Shown: positions 9,692-18,675, counted from the first letter of the stretch. The stretch: DNA of 20,000 bases from a candidate division WOR-3 bacterium (GCA_016934535.1 JAFGSQ010000010.1:60564-80563), one strand, 5' to 3'. The notes: a model not told the origin generated them from the letters alone. Numbers and translations: made by a program.

Positions 9692-9846
9692 GCTCTTTTT
9701 CACTTCAGAATCCCGGATCCGGTAGAATTTAACTTAAAAAAGTCAAAAATCGAGACTATTGCCTATATAAACGGAAAAAATCTATGAAGTGAAGAGTTCG
9801 CAAATAAATTACAGAAAATCAATAAAAGAAATTTGGATGATTTTTA

Positions 9847-11496
9847 TCAATTTTCCTTTTTTTCTTTTCTTTTTTTATTGTCGTCCTTTTCAGAATTTTC
9901 GCTCCTGTACAAAAGCTTTCCCTCGGAAGAGATTATCCTCATTTTCCCGTCGTAACCGAGCAGAACAAAATTTCCGTCTTCGGACATCGCAATCACTTCT
10001 TCACGTCCCAACACGCCGTTTTTTAAAACTGAAAGCAGATGATGGCCGGCCTTTTTGCCGTCAGGTGAAATTTTTATTACAGAATATACATCGTTCTGGT
10101 CCGATCCCAGAACATACGCGTTCCCCTCTTTATCGGCGTACGCCCTGGAATAAGTATACCTGAAATCGAGATTTATTAAATATATCTTTTTTCCCCCTCT
10201 GGAGTATTTCATTAGTTTTTCGTAGTTAAGAATATAATAATTGCCGTCATAACCGACAGAAAGAACAATTTCTCTGTCCCTGAAATAAACCGGCTTGTCC
10301 TCAAGATCTTCCAAATATCCGGCAATTATTGAACTGTTTTCTTTCTCCGAAGTCTCTTTATCTTCTTTCCATGTTTTGACGGCGTTTCCGTCAAAATCGA
10401 ATCTTTTCAGTTCATAATAATCGTTATTTTCGGAATCTCTTTTTTCTCTGTTTAAGAGAACCAAAAATGTGTCGTCCGTATCCGCGCAGAGAGTCCACGC
10501 GTTTTTCATTGAAAAAAAATCTTTTTTTTCCGAGGGTTGTCTCCCTTTGTTTCCACCCAATTTATCCTCCGTTTCTCCCGTCTTTTGAGAGAGAAACAAA
10601 AGAGCATGCTTTTCTCTGCTCCAAATCATGAGCCTGTTTTTGCTGTCAATTGCCAGTTTAGGATTTCCTTCGGACGAATCCGGATTATATTGCAGATCTG
10701 ACAAAACCCATTTTGTCGAAAGGTTTTTATCCAGCGCCGCCAAAGTCAGATTCGAGTCTTCGTTTTCCGAAGCGATGTAAATGTCGCCTTTTCTGTCGAC
10801 GACGGAGTCCCATATTTCCCCTTTCCATTCGAAAGGTTTCGCTTTTTCGTCGAAGATTATATACCATCTCGAAATAGTCTCGACGGGGTGTATTCTTCTC
10901 CAAAGGTCGTCGGGAAGATATACCGAAGCTTTGCAGAAAGAGCATTTTATCATTCTCTCTTTTCCATCTACATCGAGAAATCCTCCGCATTTCGGACATG
11001 CAAAAGCAACCGGTTCAGGCGCGTTGATCACGGTTTCATCCTCGGCTTTTTTCCCCGAAGTAATAAGTCCGAAATCTTCGAAAACAAGGTAAAGAATCCC
11101 CGGAAAAGCTTTTTTATATTTATCCGGCGCTATTCTGAAAGAATATTTTTTCCCGGTATCCGGATTGACGGCAAAACCTTTTTCGGCGAATTCACTCAGT
11201 CTTTCAAGATTGAGCGGTTTTTTATCGTCAGGGAATTTTGGCTTTTGCTTTCCGTACATGATCTGGAAATTATAACCGCCGAAAATTGAAGCGTTATTCC
11301 CCTCCCCTTCCTTGAACCCCGGGACTTCATTGATAGCGTCTCCAATAATGCTTTTCCAGTCGGAAACGCTGAAACACGTCTTTTCACCGCATGACTGGCA
11401 GACAATTTCGTCAGTCAAAGCGTTTAAGTGAAGGGTGTCGTCGCATTTTCTGCATTTGGTTTTAGCCTCGATAGCGATGCTCAATAATCCTGTCAT
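9847..11496 (-). CDS. Hypothetical protein: two double-CxxC Zn ribbons plus C-terminal beta-propeller-like region (paralog B)
   Basis: CRKC/CQSC and CPKC/CSFC pairs; propeller-like strands (DRKGDIYIA, DSKNRLMIW, DKEGNAYV, KISPDGK); AGAGGGG SD; collinear with 11559..13235. Confidence 0.75.
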   Translation of the reverse strand: MTGLLSIAIEAKTKCRKCDDTLHLNALTDEIVCQSCGEKTCFSVSDWKSIIGDAINEVPGFKEGEGNNASIFGGYNFQIMYGKQKPKFPDDKKPLNLERLSEFAEKGFAVNPDTGKKYSFRIAPDKYKKAFPGILYLVFEDFGLITSGKKAEDETVINAPEPVAFACPKCGGFLDVDGKERMIKCSFCKASVYLPDDLWRRIHPVETISRWYIIFDEKAKPFEWKGEIWDSVVDRKGDIYIASENEDSNLTLAALDKNLSTKWVLSDLQYNPDSSEGNPKLAIDSKNRLMIWSREKHALLFLSQKTGETEDKLGGNKGRQPSEKKDFFSMKNAWTLCADTDDTFLVLLNREKRDSENNDYYELKRFDFDGNAVKTWKEDKETSEKENSSIIAGYLEDLEDKPVYFRDREIVLSVGYDGNYYILNYEKLMKYSRGGKKIYLINLDFRYTYSRAYADKEGNAYVLGSDQNDVYSVIKISPDGKKAGHHLLSVLKNGVLGREEVIAMSEDGNFVLLGYDGKMRIISSEGKLLYRSENSEKDDNKKRKEKKEN

Positions 11497-11558
11497 GTCT
11501 CACCCCTCTTGAATATTTTTGATTATTACATCAGCATCAGGTCGTAATAACGACTCTT

Positions 11559-13235
11559 TCAATCCTCTTTTCTTCTTTTTTCTTCAAGCGTTCTTTCTTC
11601 GTCTTCTTTGGCCTCTTCGCTCCTGTAGACTTGTTTTCCGTTGTTCGCAACAATTCTCATTCTTCCTGAATATCCGGCAAGGTAAAATGTCCCGTCTTCG
11701 GAAAGGGCGAGAATTTCTTCACTGCAGACGACGCCATCGTCTAAAACAGAAAGAAGATGACGCGTCATCTGTTTTCCGTCGGGAGAAATTTTTAGCACGT
11801 ACCTTTTGTCATTCCCGTCAGAACAAAGCACGTAAGCGTTGCCGTCCTTGTCTCCGTAAGCCCTCGAATACGTATAACTGCAGTCGAGCTTGACAAAATA
11901 CTGTTTTTTTCCCTCCCTGGAATATTTGATTAATTTTTCATGGCATAAAAAGTAATAAACACAGTCGTAACCGAGTGATATTTTAATATCCCTGTCCCTG
12001 AATCTCTTGGGCTTGTCTTTAAGACTTTCAAAATACTGAGCCCCTCTTGTTCCGGAGAAAAAACTTTTTATTTTCCCAAAAATATTTTTTTCCGTCTCGC
12101 CTTTTCTCCAAACATCCACTGCATTCCCGTCGTAGTCGTATCTCATAAGTTCGTAATAACAATTTTCGTCCGTGTCTTTTTTATCTCTGTCGAGCAGGAC
12201 GACAAATGTATCATCGTTATCGGCAAAGAGGCATATTGCGTTTTTCATTGAAAAGCGTTCATTTCCTTTCCCGGGCTGTTTCCCCTTGCGGCCGCCCAAC
12301 ATATCTTCGGTTTCGCCTGTCAGGGTTGAAAGAAACAGCAGTGTGTTTTTATCTCCGCTCCACAGCATGAGCCTGCCGCGGCCGTCTATAGCGAGTCTGG
12401 TGTCGCCGTTTGAAGTCTCCGGATAATATTCGAGATCCTTCCTTGTCCATCTTCTTGTACGGTCTTTGTCAAGTGAAACCAACTCCATTTTTGAACGGTC
12501 CGTTTCCACGGCCAAATAAATATTGTTTTCTCCGTCGAGGACCATGTCCCATGCGTCTGAATCCCAGGTAAAAGGTCTTTCTCTTTCGTTCATTATTATA
12601 AACCATCTCGTTACTGTCTCGACTGGATGAATTCTCTTCCAGAGATCGTCTGGAAGATAGACAGAAGCATTGCAAAAAGAACATTTGATCATCCTGTCCT
12701 TACCGTCTACATCGAGAAAACCTCCGCATTTAGGACAGGCAAAAGCCACCGGATCATGAGCTTTTACGGCCGATTCTTGCGAGGATTCTTTATCGCCTGA
12801 AATCAGGCCGAAATCTTCCATCGCCAGATACAAAGCGCCGGGAAAGTCTTTTTCATATATTACTGGTACTTTTCTGAAAGAATATTTCTTTCCTGTGTCA
12901 GGGTCTTCGACAAAACCTTTCTCAGAATATTCTTCGCTTTTCAGGATGTCTATATTCTTTTTGCTGTCGGGAAATCTCGGGATCTGTTTTCCGTACATAA
13001 TTTGATAATTAATACCGCCCATCACTGTCGAATTTGTTCCCTCTCCTTCTTCATAATTCGGGGCTTCTTTTATAGGATCTTCCAAAATGTCATTCCACAG
13101 TTGTAAATTCAGGTTTAACTCTTCACCGCACGACGGGCAGAGAATTTTCTCAGTCAAAGCGTTAATGTGGATTGTTCCATCACATTTCTGGCAATTTGTC
13201 TTCAGTTCGATAGCAACACTTATTAATTCCGGCAT
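11559..13235 (-). CDS. Hypothetical protein: two double-CxxC Zn ribbons plus C-terminal beta-propeller-like region (paralog A)
   Basis: CQKC/CPSC and CPKC/CSFC pairs; shared block PVAFACPKCGGFLDVDGK.RMIKCSFC.ASVYLPDDLW.RIHPVET; GAGGAG SD. Confidence 0.75.
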   Translation of the reverse strand: MPELISVAIELKTNCQKCDGTIHINALTEKILCPSCGEELNLNLQLWNDILEDPIKEAPNYEEGEGTNSTVMGGINYQIMYGKQIPRFPDSKKNIDILKSEEYSEKGFVEDPDTGKKYSFRKVPVIYEKDFPGALYLAMEDFGLISGDKESSQESAVKAHDPVAFACPKCGGFLDVDGKDRMIKCSFCNASVYLPDDLWKRIHPVETVTRWFIIMNERERPFTWDSDAWDMVLDGENNIYLAVETDRSKMELVSLDKDRTRRWTRKDLEYYPETSNGDTRLAIDGRGRLMLWSGDKNTLLFLSTLTGETEDMLGGRKGKQPGKGNERFSMKNAICLFADNDDTFVVLLDRDKKDTDENCYYELMRYDYDGNAVDVWRKGETEKNIFGKIKSFFSGTRGAQYFESLKDKPKRFRDRDIKISLGYDCVYYFLCHEKLIKYSREGKKQYFVKLDCSYTYSRAYGDKDGNAYVLCSDGNDKRYVLKISPDGKQMTRHLLSVLDDGVVCSEEILALSEDGTFYLAGYSGRMRIVANNGKQVYRSEEAKEDEERTLEEKRRKED

Positions 13236-13318
13236 TTATATCTCCTCATGATTTTCTTTGCCTATTATTTTACTCCTCGGCATTAAACATACATTAAATT
13301 TTTTTCTTCAATTACAGT

Positions 13319-13346
13319 TTGACAAAATATTTCAGCCGAATAATAT
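13319..13346 (+). promoter_or_regulatory. Putative sigma70 promoter for the sirtuin gene
   Basis: TTGACA (13319-13324) - 16 bp - TAATAT (13341-13346), followed closely by GTGGTG. Confidence 0.5.
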
Positions 13347-13353
13347 TTTTGTG

Positions 13354-14058
13354 GTGAAAATAAGGACAGAGGATTTTAAAAGAATAGTGTTTTTCACTGG
13401 AGCCGGAATGTCTGCCGAAAGCGGCGTCCCCACATACAGGGGAAAAGGCGGCATCTGGGAAAATTACAAATGGGAAGAATATGCCTGCCAGGAAGCTTTC
13501 GACAATGATCCTGAAAAAGTCCTGAAATTTCACGAAATGAGAAGAAGCGCGGTTTTGGACTGTACTCCTCACAAGGGTCATTTTTGGCTTTCCGGACTTC
13601 AGAAGAAAAGGCCGGGGGTCGAAATAATCACTCAGAACATTGACGGCATGCACCAGAGAGCCGGTTCCGATAACGTGACAGAACTTCACGGATCGCTGTG
13701 GAGAGCCAGATGCCTCTGCGGAATTAAGGAAATGATAGGTGAAGCTTATCCCTCTTACAGATGCTTTAAATGCGGAAAGTGGCTGAGACCCGACATAATA
13801 TGGTTCGGCGATTCACTGGATTCATTCACGGTTGAAAAGGCGATCATGTCAATCTCCGGATGCGATCTTTTCGTCAGCGTCGGAACTTCTTCCGTCGTTT
13901 GGCCCGCCGCGGGATTTCCTTTGCACGCTAAAAATAACGGAGCTTTTCTCGTCGAAATAAATCCCGAGCCCTCGGAGATATCGGATGTTTATGACATTGT
14001 AGTAAGAGAAACCGCTTCAAAAGCCCTGTCGGATGATTGCGGGATATTTATCGAGTGA
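13354..14058 (+). CDS. cobB: NAD-dependent protein deacylase (Sir2 / CobB)
   Basis: FTGAGMSAESGVPTYRG, ITQNIDGMH, ELHGSL, Zn site CLC...CFKC, LRPDIIWFG, VGTSSVVWPAA, EINPEPS. Start is probably GTG 13354 or 13351 rather than TTG 13258. Confidence 0.92.
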   Translation: MKIRTEDFKRIVFFTGAGMSAESGVPTYRGKGGIWENYKWEEYACQEAFDNDPEKVLKFHEMRRSAVLDCTPHKGHFWLSGLQKKRPGVEIITQNIDGMHQRAGSDNVTELHGSLWRARCLCGIKEMIGEAYPSYRCFKCGKWLRPDIIWFGDSLDSFTVEKAIMSISGCDLFVSVGTSSVVWPAAGFPLHAKNNGAFLVEINPEPSEISDVYDIVVRETASKALSDDCGIFIE

Positions 14059-14147
14059 AAAAAATACCGTCGAAAGGATACAAGAAACATTGTTTTTTAT
14101 CCAGTCATAAACTATTGGCCCGTTTTTTTTCGAGTCGAATGAAATAA

Positions 14148-16082
14148 TCAGTATTTCAATATCAGTTTATTCCGACCTCCGACCTCAACGAAATACTGAC
14201 CTCTTGCAACTTTTACTCCGCTGAAATCATTTCCGGACCATCGCACAACGGTTGGAACTTCAGTGTATTTGATTGTATTTATTGTTCTTCCGGTCACGTC
14301 GTATATCATCAATTCTCCGGGTACTTCAATATAGCCGGACAACACTATATCGACATAATCGAGAAATGGATTCGGATAAACCTGAAAAACGTTCGGGTCA
14401 GGTCCTATAGAAGGAGTTTCCTCGACTGCGCCGGCGTTAACTCCGAAATAAGTCATCACATTCTGAAGATACTGTCTTTTCGTAGATATTCCGGTTCCGT
14501 CCACCAGGCTTCCGATTTCGAACACTGCACCGATCGTCTTGTACGTTCCGGCGTCGTAAGCGACGCATATATTGTCTCCATAGGTTCCTTCTTTGAAGAG
14601 AACCTGTGCCGCTCCGAGAGAATTTACAATATCTCCAGCGTAATCTCCCAGACTCTGCACGAAATTCATACCCGCCATCATGGTTCCGTTCTGACCCAAA
14701 ACCGTATGAATTATAGATCCGTAATCCGGATTTATGCCGAAAACCGGGCTGAAATCGTAGGCGTGATACATGTAAGGACCTGAACACCACGGGCTGTTTC
14801 CTTCCAAGTAAACTCGCCCTCCCTGGTTTATGTAGTTCAGAATCCTGGTTTTTTCAAGGCAGAATGAATCGATAAAAAACGTGTAGGGTCTGAATCCTGT
14901 GCATACAAAAAGAGACCTGTAGTATTCCAGACCAATTCCCGGCATTTCAATGCCGTAATGGCCCAAGTAGCCCAAATCCGAGAGAATGGAGTCCATTAGC
15001 TGGCCGGATTCCGGAGTAGAATCCGGATTCCAGACCAGATAATCGTATTGACCGGTGATGACTGAAAACGAAAGAGTCTCGGAATATCCGGCGTGATCGC
15101 TGATCTCCATCGAAAGGTCTGAAACATGCCCCTGTGGAGTCGAAGGACTTGCCTGAACCCGAAAGACATCGCTTGAATTGCATACTGTCGCGTCGACGGG
15201 AAACGGGCCGAAGTCGAACGTTCCGTCTGTTACAAGCAGATATGGATCGATTGTGAAAAGAGTAGCCCAGATATGTAAAACACCGGCTCCGCCGATATTT
15301 TTCAAAAATACAGTTATTTCCGCCGGTTCTCCGGGATCCATTCTTCCGTTGTTGTTTCCCGCCGGATCTCCAATTTGAACTCTTTGAAGTGCGGTAAAAA
15401 TATCAGAACCGTTGTAGTTTATTGTAATGTTGTCAGCCAAGACCTTGGCTGTGACGGGTGATCCTCAACAATATCTGACAGTGTCCAGTAATACCAGCTT
15501 GATTTTGTCGACGGCGACAGGATTCACAGATGGAACGTTTATCAGCTCACTGTCAATACTAAAGGAAAAACTGTGCCAGTCTCCGTCCTGCACTTCAATG
15601 ACATCCATGTATGTGGTGTCTACCCATCTGCATCTTTCTGTCTTCCGGCATATTCTGGTCCTGCCGAGGAATGAATCGTACCGGTCCAGGTATTCAATGT
15701 CGAGGGCGGCTCCGGTCCACGCGCTGTATGATGCAAAAACGTCGAATTTAACGTCGGCGCTGAACGTCAGGTCAGTAGTTCTTATCGGGACGGTTTGATA
15801 AAGCATTGAATATCCGGACGAGGAATCCTTGACGACCTTGACCTCGTAGTCGGGATCCGGATCAAGTGCGGTTTCCCTCGTGAAATTCTGAAATCCTCCG
15901 CTTGCCGTCTGAATCCATCCCTGCTCCAAACCAGCTTCGAAGTCTCCGTTTTGGACAAGGTGCGCCGTCCCGTCGTCGTCACCTTTTTCAGTGTAGAATC
16001 CGGCATATGCCAAACGGTTTGAGAAAGACAACGTCGAGAGCAAAAGCAGGACAATTACATTCATCTTCTTCGATAAAATCAT
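14148..16082 (-). CDS. Secreted multidomain protein (signal peptide, CBM4/9-like beta-sandwich, Ig-like domain, alpha/beta domain, FlgD/T9SS-type C-terminal tail) with an in-frame TGA at 15465-15467; candidate selenoprotein, 644 aa
   Basis: The two track ORFs are in the same frame, separated only by TGA plus 8 sense codons: ...DTVRYC-TGA-GSPVTAKVLADNITI.... SD (AAAGGAGG) and signal peptide occur only on the upstream part; the sorting-type tail (VYPNPF...IYDVTGRTI...WSGND..G..VARGQYF) only on the downstream part. Confidence 0.8.
15432..15455 (-). promoter_or_regulatory. Putative bacterial SECIS hairpin
   Basis: mRNA: UGA-GGAUCACCC-GUC-AC-AGCCAA-GGUC-UUGGCU-GAC. The apical loop starts with G and follows a 20-nt spacer after the UGA. 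Confidence 0.7.
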
Positions 16083-16372
16083 TTTTTCGCCCTCCTTTGA
16101 TTAATTTTTCAAAATCGTCACTCGTTGTTTCAAAAAGTGTCGTCAAATAATTCCTGACTCAGAAAAATCAAAATCGTTTGAATTCATTTTTTCGATCTTC
16201 TCATTATAGTTGGTTGGCTGTTTGCTTATTGAATTTGACAATCAAATATCACGATCTGTCAACACCGATTATAAAGATAAATGAACGGTCAATAATTCTG
16301 ATCTCTTTGTTTTCATAAATATTTTATTTTTTTTCAAATGTGTATAAAATAAATGTAAAACAGGGGGTTTAC

Positions 16373-17530
16373 ATGGAAGGGATAACAAGGTTTCCAATAA
16401 CAGCCATAGTAGGAATGGATTTTTTAAAAACCGCTTATCTTGCCAACATAATAAATCCAAAAATCGGAGGACTTCTCATCTCCGGACCCAAGGGAACCGG
16501 CAAAAGCACTTTTGTCCATTCAGTTGAAGACCTGTTGCCGGAACACGCGGTTGTCAAGGACTGTGTTTTCGGCTGTGACCCGGAAAAATCCGATTTTTTC
16601 TGCACATTCTGCAAGGGTAAACCTCAGAAAGAAACCTCTCTGGTTAAAGGCCGGATAATTGACCTGCCCCTGAGCTGTACGGAAGACAGGCTCCTCGGCA
16701 GTATAGACATTGAAAAAATCCTGAAAGAGGGAGTAAAAAGCATACTGCCGGGTCTTCTCGCAATGGCACACAGAAACATTTTATACATAGACGAAGTCAA
16801 TCTACTGCCCGACCATCTCGTCGACGACATTCTCGACGTATCCGCCCTCCATTGGAACGTTATAGAAAGAGAGGGTTTTTCCGTTAAACACAGGTCCGAC
16901 TTCATCCTCGTAGGAACAATGAATCCGGAAGAGGGAGAACTGAGACCTCAGATACTCGACAGGTTCCCTCTCTGCGTCAGGGCTGAATCTCCGCAAAAGC
17001 CTGAGGAGAGGGCAGAGATAGTCAAAAGAACTCTTTCTTTCGAAAATGATCCGGATTCATTTTTCAATTCATTTAAAAACCCTCAGAGCATGTTAAAGAA
17101 TTCATTACAGCGTTCAAAAGAACTTCTAAAAGAAGTTCAAATAGACGAAGACCTTCTTTGGGTCGTAACAAAATCCTGTTCTGAACTCAAAGTAGACGGT
17201 CAAAGACCGGACATAATAATTACTAAAACCGCGATGACGATATCGGCGCTTCACGAAAGAAAAGAAACGCAATTTGACGACATCCTGGACGCCGCGCTGA
17301 TGACTTTATGCCACAGGACAAGAGACAGCGGTCTTCTCGAACCTCCTTCGTCGGAAGAAGTCGTCAAAGTATTCAGGGACAATCATTCAAATTTGACAAG
17401 GGAAAAGCCGTCAAAAAAAAGCGAAAAATTTTCCTTTAACAACGCTAATCTATCAGGACAAACACCAGAAAAACAGGAAAATACACCTCAGACATCACAA
17501 CAAAAAGGGGAAGACTCCTCAAAAAAATAA
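16373..17530 (+). CDS. Mg/Co-chelatase subunit I-like AAA+ ATPase (ChlI/BchI family)
   Basis: FPITAIVG, Walker A ISGPKGTGKS, TEDRLLGSID, PGLLAMAHRNILYIDEVNLL, GTMNPEEGELRPQILDRF; AGGGGG SD before ATG 16373; low-complexity C-terminal linker. Confidence 0.9.
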   Translation: MEGITRFPITAIVGMDFLKTAYLANIINPKIGGLLISGPKGTGKSTFVHSVEDLLPEHAVVKDCVFGCDPEKSDFFCTFCKGKPQKETSLVKGRIIDLPLSCTEDRLLGSIDIEKILKEGVKSILPGLLAMAHRNILYIDEVNLLPDHLVDDILDVSALHWNVIEREGFSVKHRSDFILVGTMNPEEGELRPQILDRFPLCVRAESPQKPEERAEIVKRTLSFENDPDSFFNSFKNPQSMLKNSLQRSKELLKEVQIDEDLLWVVTKSCSELKVDGQRPDIIITKTAMTISALHERKETQFDDILDAALMTLCHRTRDSGLLEPPSSEEVVKVFRDNHSNLTREKPSKKSEKFSFNNANLSGQTPEKQENTPQTSQQKGEDSSKK

Positions 17531-17560
17531 TTACGGTGGGCATTCATAAACCCACCGTAA
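17521..17560 (+). other. Putative -1 programmed frameshift cassette (slippery heptamer plus stimulatory hairpin)
   Basis: TCA AAA AAA TAA (A_AAA_AAA at 17521-17527, directly before the stop) followed by the perfect stem TTACGGTGGG-N10-CCCACCGTAA (17531-17560). The -1 frame (AAA AAA ATA ATT ACG GTG) is the vWA ORF frame. Confidence 0.85.
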
Positions 17561-18675
17561 AAAGAAAAATAAAAAATATTTTAAGGAATGCCGCCGCATT
17601 TCTCCGATTCAAAAGAAAAAAATCCGTTAAATTCGTTTCCAGAGACAATTCATTTAAAAAACTCGGCGGCAAAGAAAAATCATTAAAAACTGATTACAGT
17701 TACGAAACGCCTCTTTTCGAGTCGGAAAAAAGCTTCTTTAAAACCGTGGACATTAAATTCAAAAGATTTTTGAAGAGGATAAGAAAAACCCAGAATTTCA
17801 GAACAAGGAAATTCACGAGAAGAGCCATGGTAAAAAACACAGTGACGGGCAGAAATTTTCTTTTGACCAAATACAAAGAAGGAGAGAATTCACCGGCTTT
17901 TTATCCGACACTCTTGAACCGGCTATTAGTAAATGAATTCAGGGAAGGGAAAAAAGCGATAACTAAAAAAGACCTTCTCGGGTGGCAAAAGTCATCCCAT
18001 CAGAGCCTGAATATGATCCTGGTCGTTGACGTCAGTTCTTCAGTCATAAACTTCGTCAAAGCTTTTTCGAGAATAATAAATTCGCTCACCGTCTATTTCA
18101 ACAAAAACAAAGACAGAATCGGAGTTATTTCTCTCCAGGGTCACCAGGCAAAAATATTGAATCATCCGACACACAACTACAAGGTGGTCTCTAAAAGCCT
18201 TCTCTCTCTCAAGGTCCATGGAAGAACCCCTCTTTCAGACGGTCTTTTGAAATCATTGGACATGGCAAGGCTGGAAAAATTCAGGAACAAGGGTTCGTTG
18301 AGTTTAGTTGTCTTGCTTAGCGACTGTTATCCCGAACCTCTGACGGGAAAATTCCGGAATATTTTCGACGAACCCGCTTACAGAAACTCTTTGTCCGCGG
18401 CAAAACTGTTCAGAAAGGCAAAGATTGGCCTGCTTCTTATTAATCCGAATTTCAAACACACTGAAACGCAAAAAGAAAAATACTTTCCCGGAGAAAAACT
18501 GTCGGAATTTATAGTAGAAAACGCCGGGGGGAAACTCGTCAAACTTATGAGTTCCGCCATATCTTCAAAGACAGTTTACACGGAAAAAGACAGGTACGAA
18601 GTCTCCCCCAAAGACATAGAAAGAATAATCAGCGGAGTCGCTTCTGCCGCCGGATCCTCAAAAAGCGGCTTGTAA
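17536..18675 (+). CDS. vWA-domain region of a ChlD/BchD-like subunit, probably expressed as a frameshift fusion (about 767 aa)
   Basis: MIDAS motif VVDVSSSV, DRIGVISL, GRTPLSDGL, VVLLSDC. The nominal GTG start has no SD and lies inside the hairpin. Confidence 0.85.
   Translation: MGIHKPTVKRKIKNILRNAAAFLRFKRKKSVKFVSRDNSFKKLGGKEKSLKTDYSYETPLFESEKSFFKTVDIKFKRFLKRIRKTQNFRTRKFTRRAMVKNTVTGRNFLLTKYKEGENSPAFYPTLLNRLLVNEFREGKKAITKKDLLGWQKSSHQSLNMILVVDVSSSVINFVKAFSRIINSLTVYFNKNKDRIGVISLQGHQAKILNHPTHNYKVVSKSLLSLKVHGRTPLSDGLLKSLDMARLEKFRNKGSLSLVVLLSDCYPEPLTGKFRNIFDEPAYRNSLSAAKLFRKAKIGLLLINPNFKHTETQKEKYFPGEKLSEFIVENAGGKLVKLMSSAISSKTVYTEKDRYEVSPKDIERIISGVASAAGSSKSGL

Noticed and set aside
11526-11561. Read-through of the TGA ending paralog A into paralog B
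   Set aside because: A TAA follows after 10 codons, there is no SECIS-like hairpin, and paralog B has its own SD.
10900-12750. Near-identical DNA blocks as a DGR template/variable repeat or mobile repeat
   Set aside because: Both copies lie in frame in paralogous genes, differences are mostly synonymous rather than adenine-specific, and there is no reverse transcriptase.
13258-14058. Sir2 domain as an anti-phage NADase (Thoeris, DSR or pAgo-linked)
   Set aside because: Stand-alone canonical CobB with a Zn site and no defence partner genes.
14148-15440. Independent gene starting at TTG 15440
   Set aside because: No convincing SD, the start lies inside the hairpin stem, and there is no signal peptide despite the secretion-type tail.
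15465-15467. Genome-wide TGA reassignment (code 4 or 25) as the cause of the in-frame TGA
   Set aside because: Several genes end normally in TGA (1122, 9847, 11559, 14058, 14148), and the other long conserved genes have no internal TGA.
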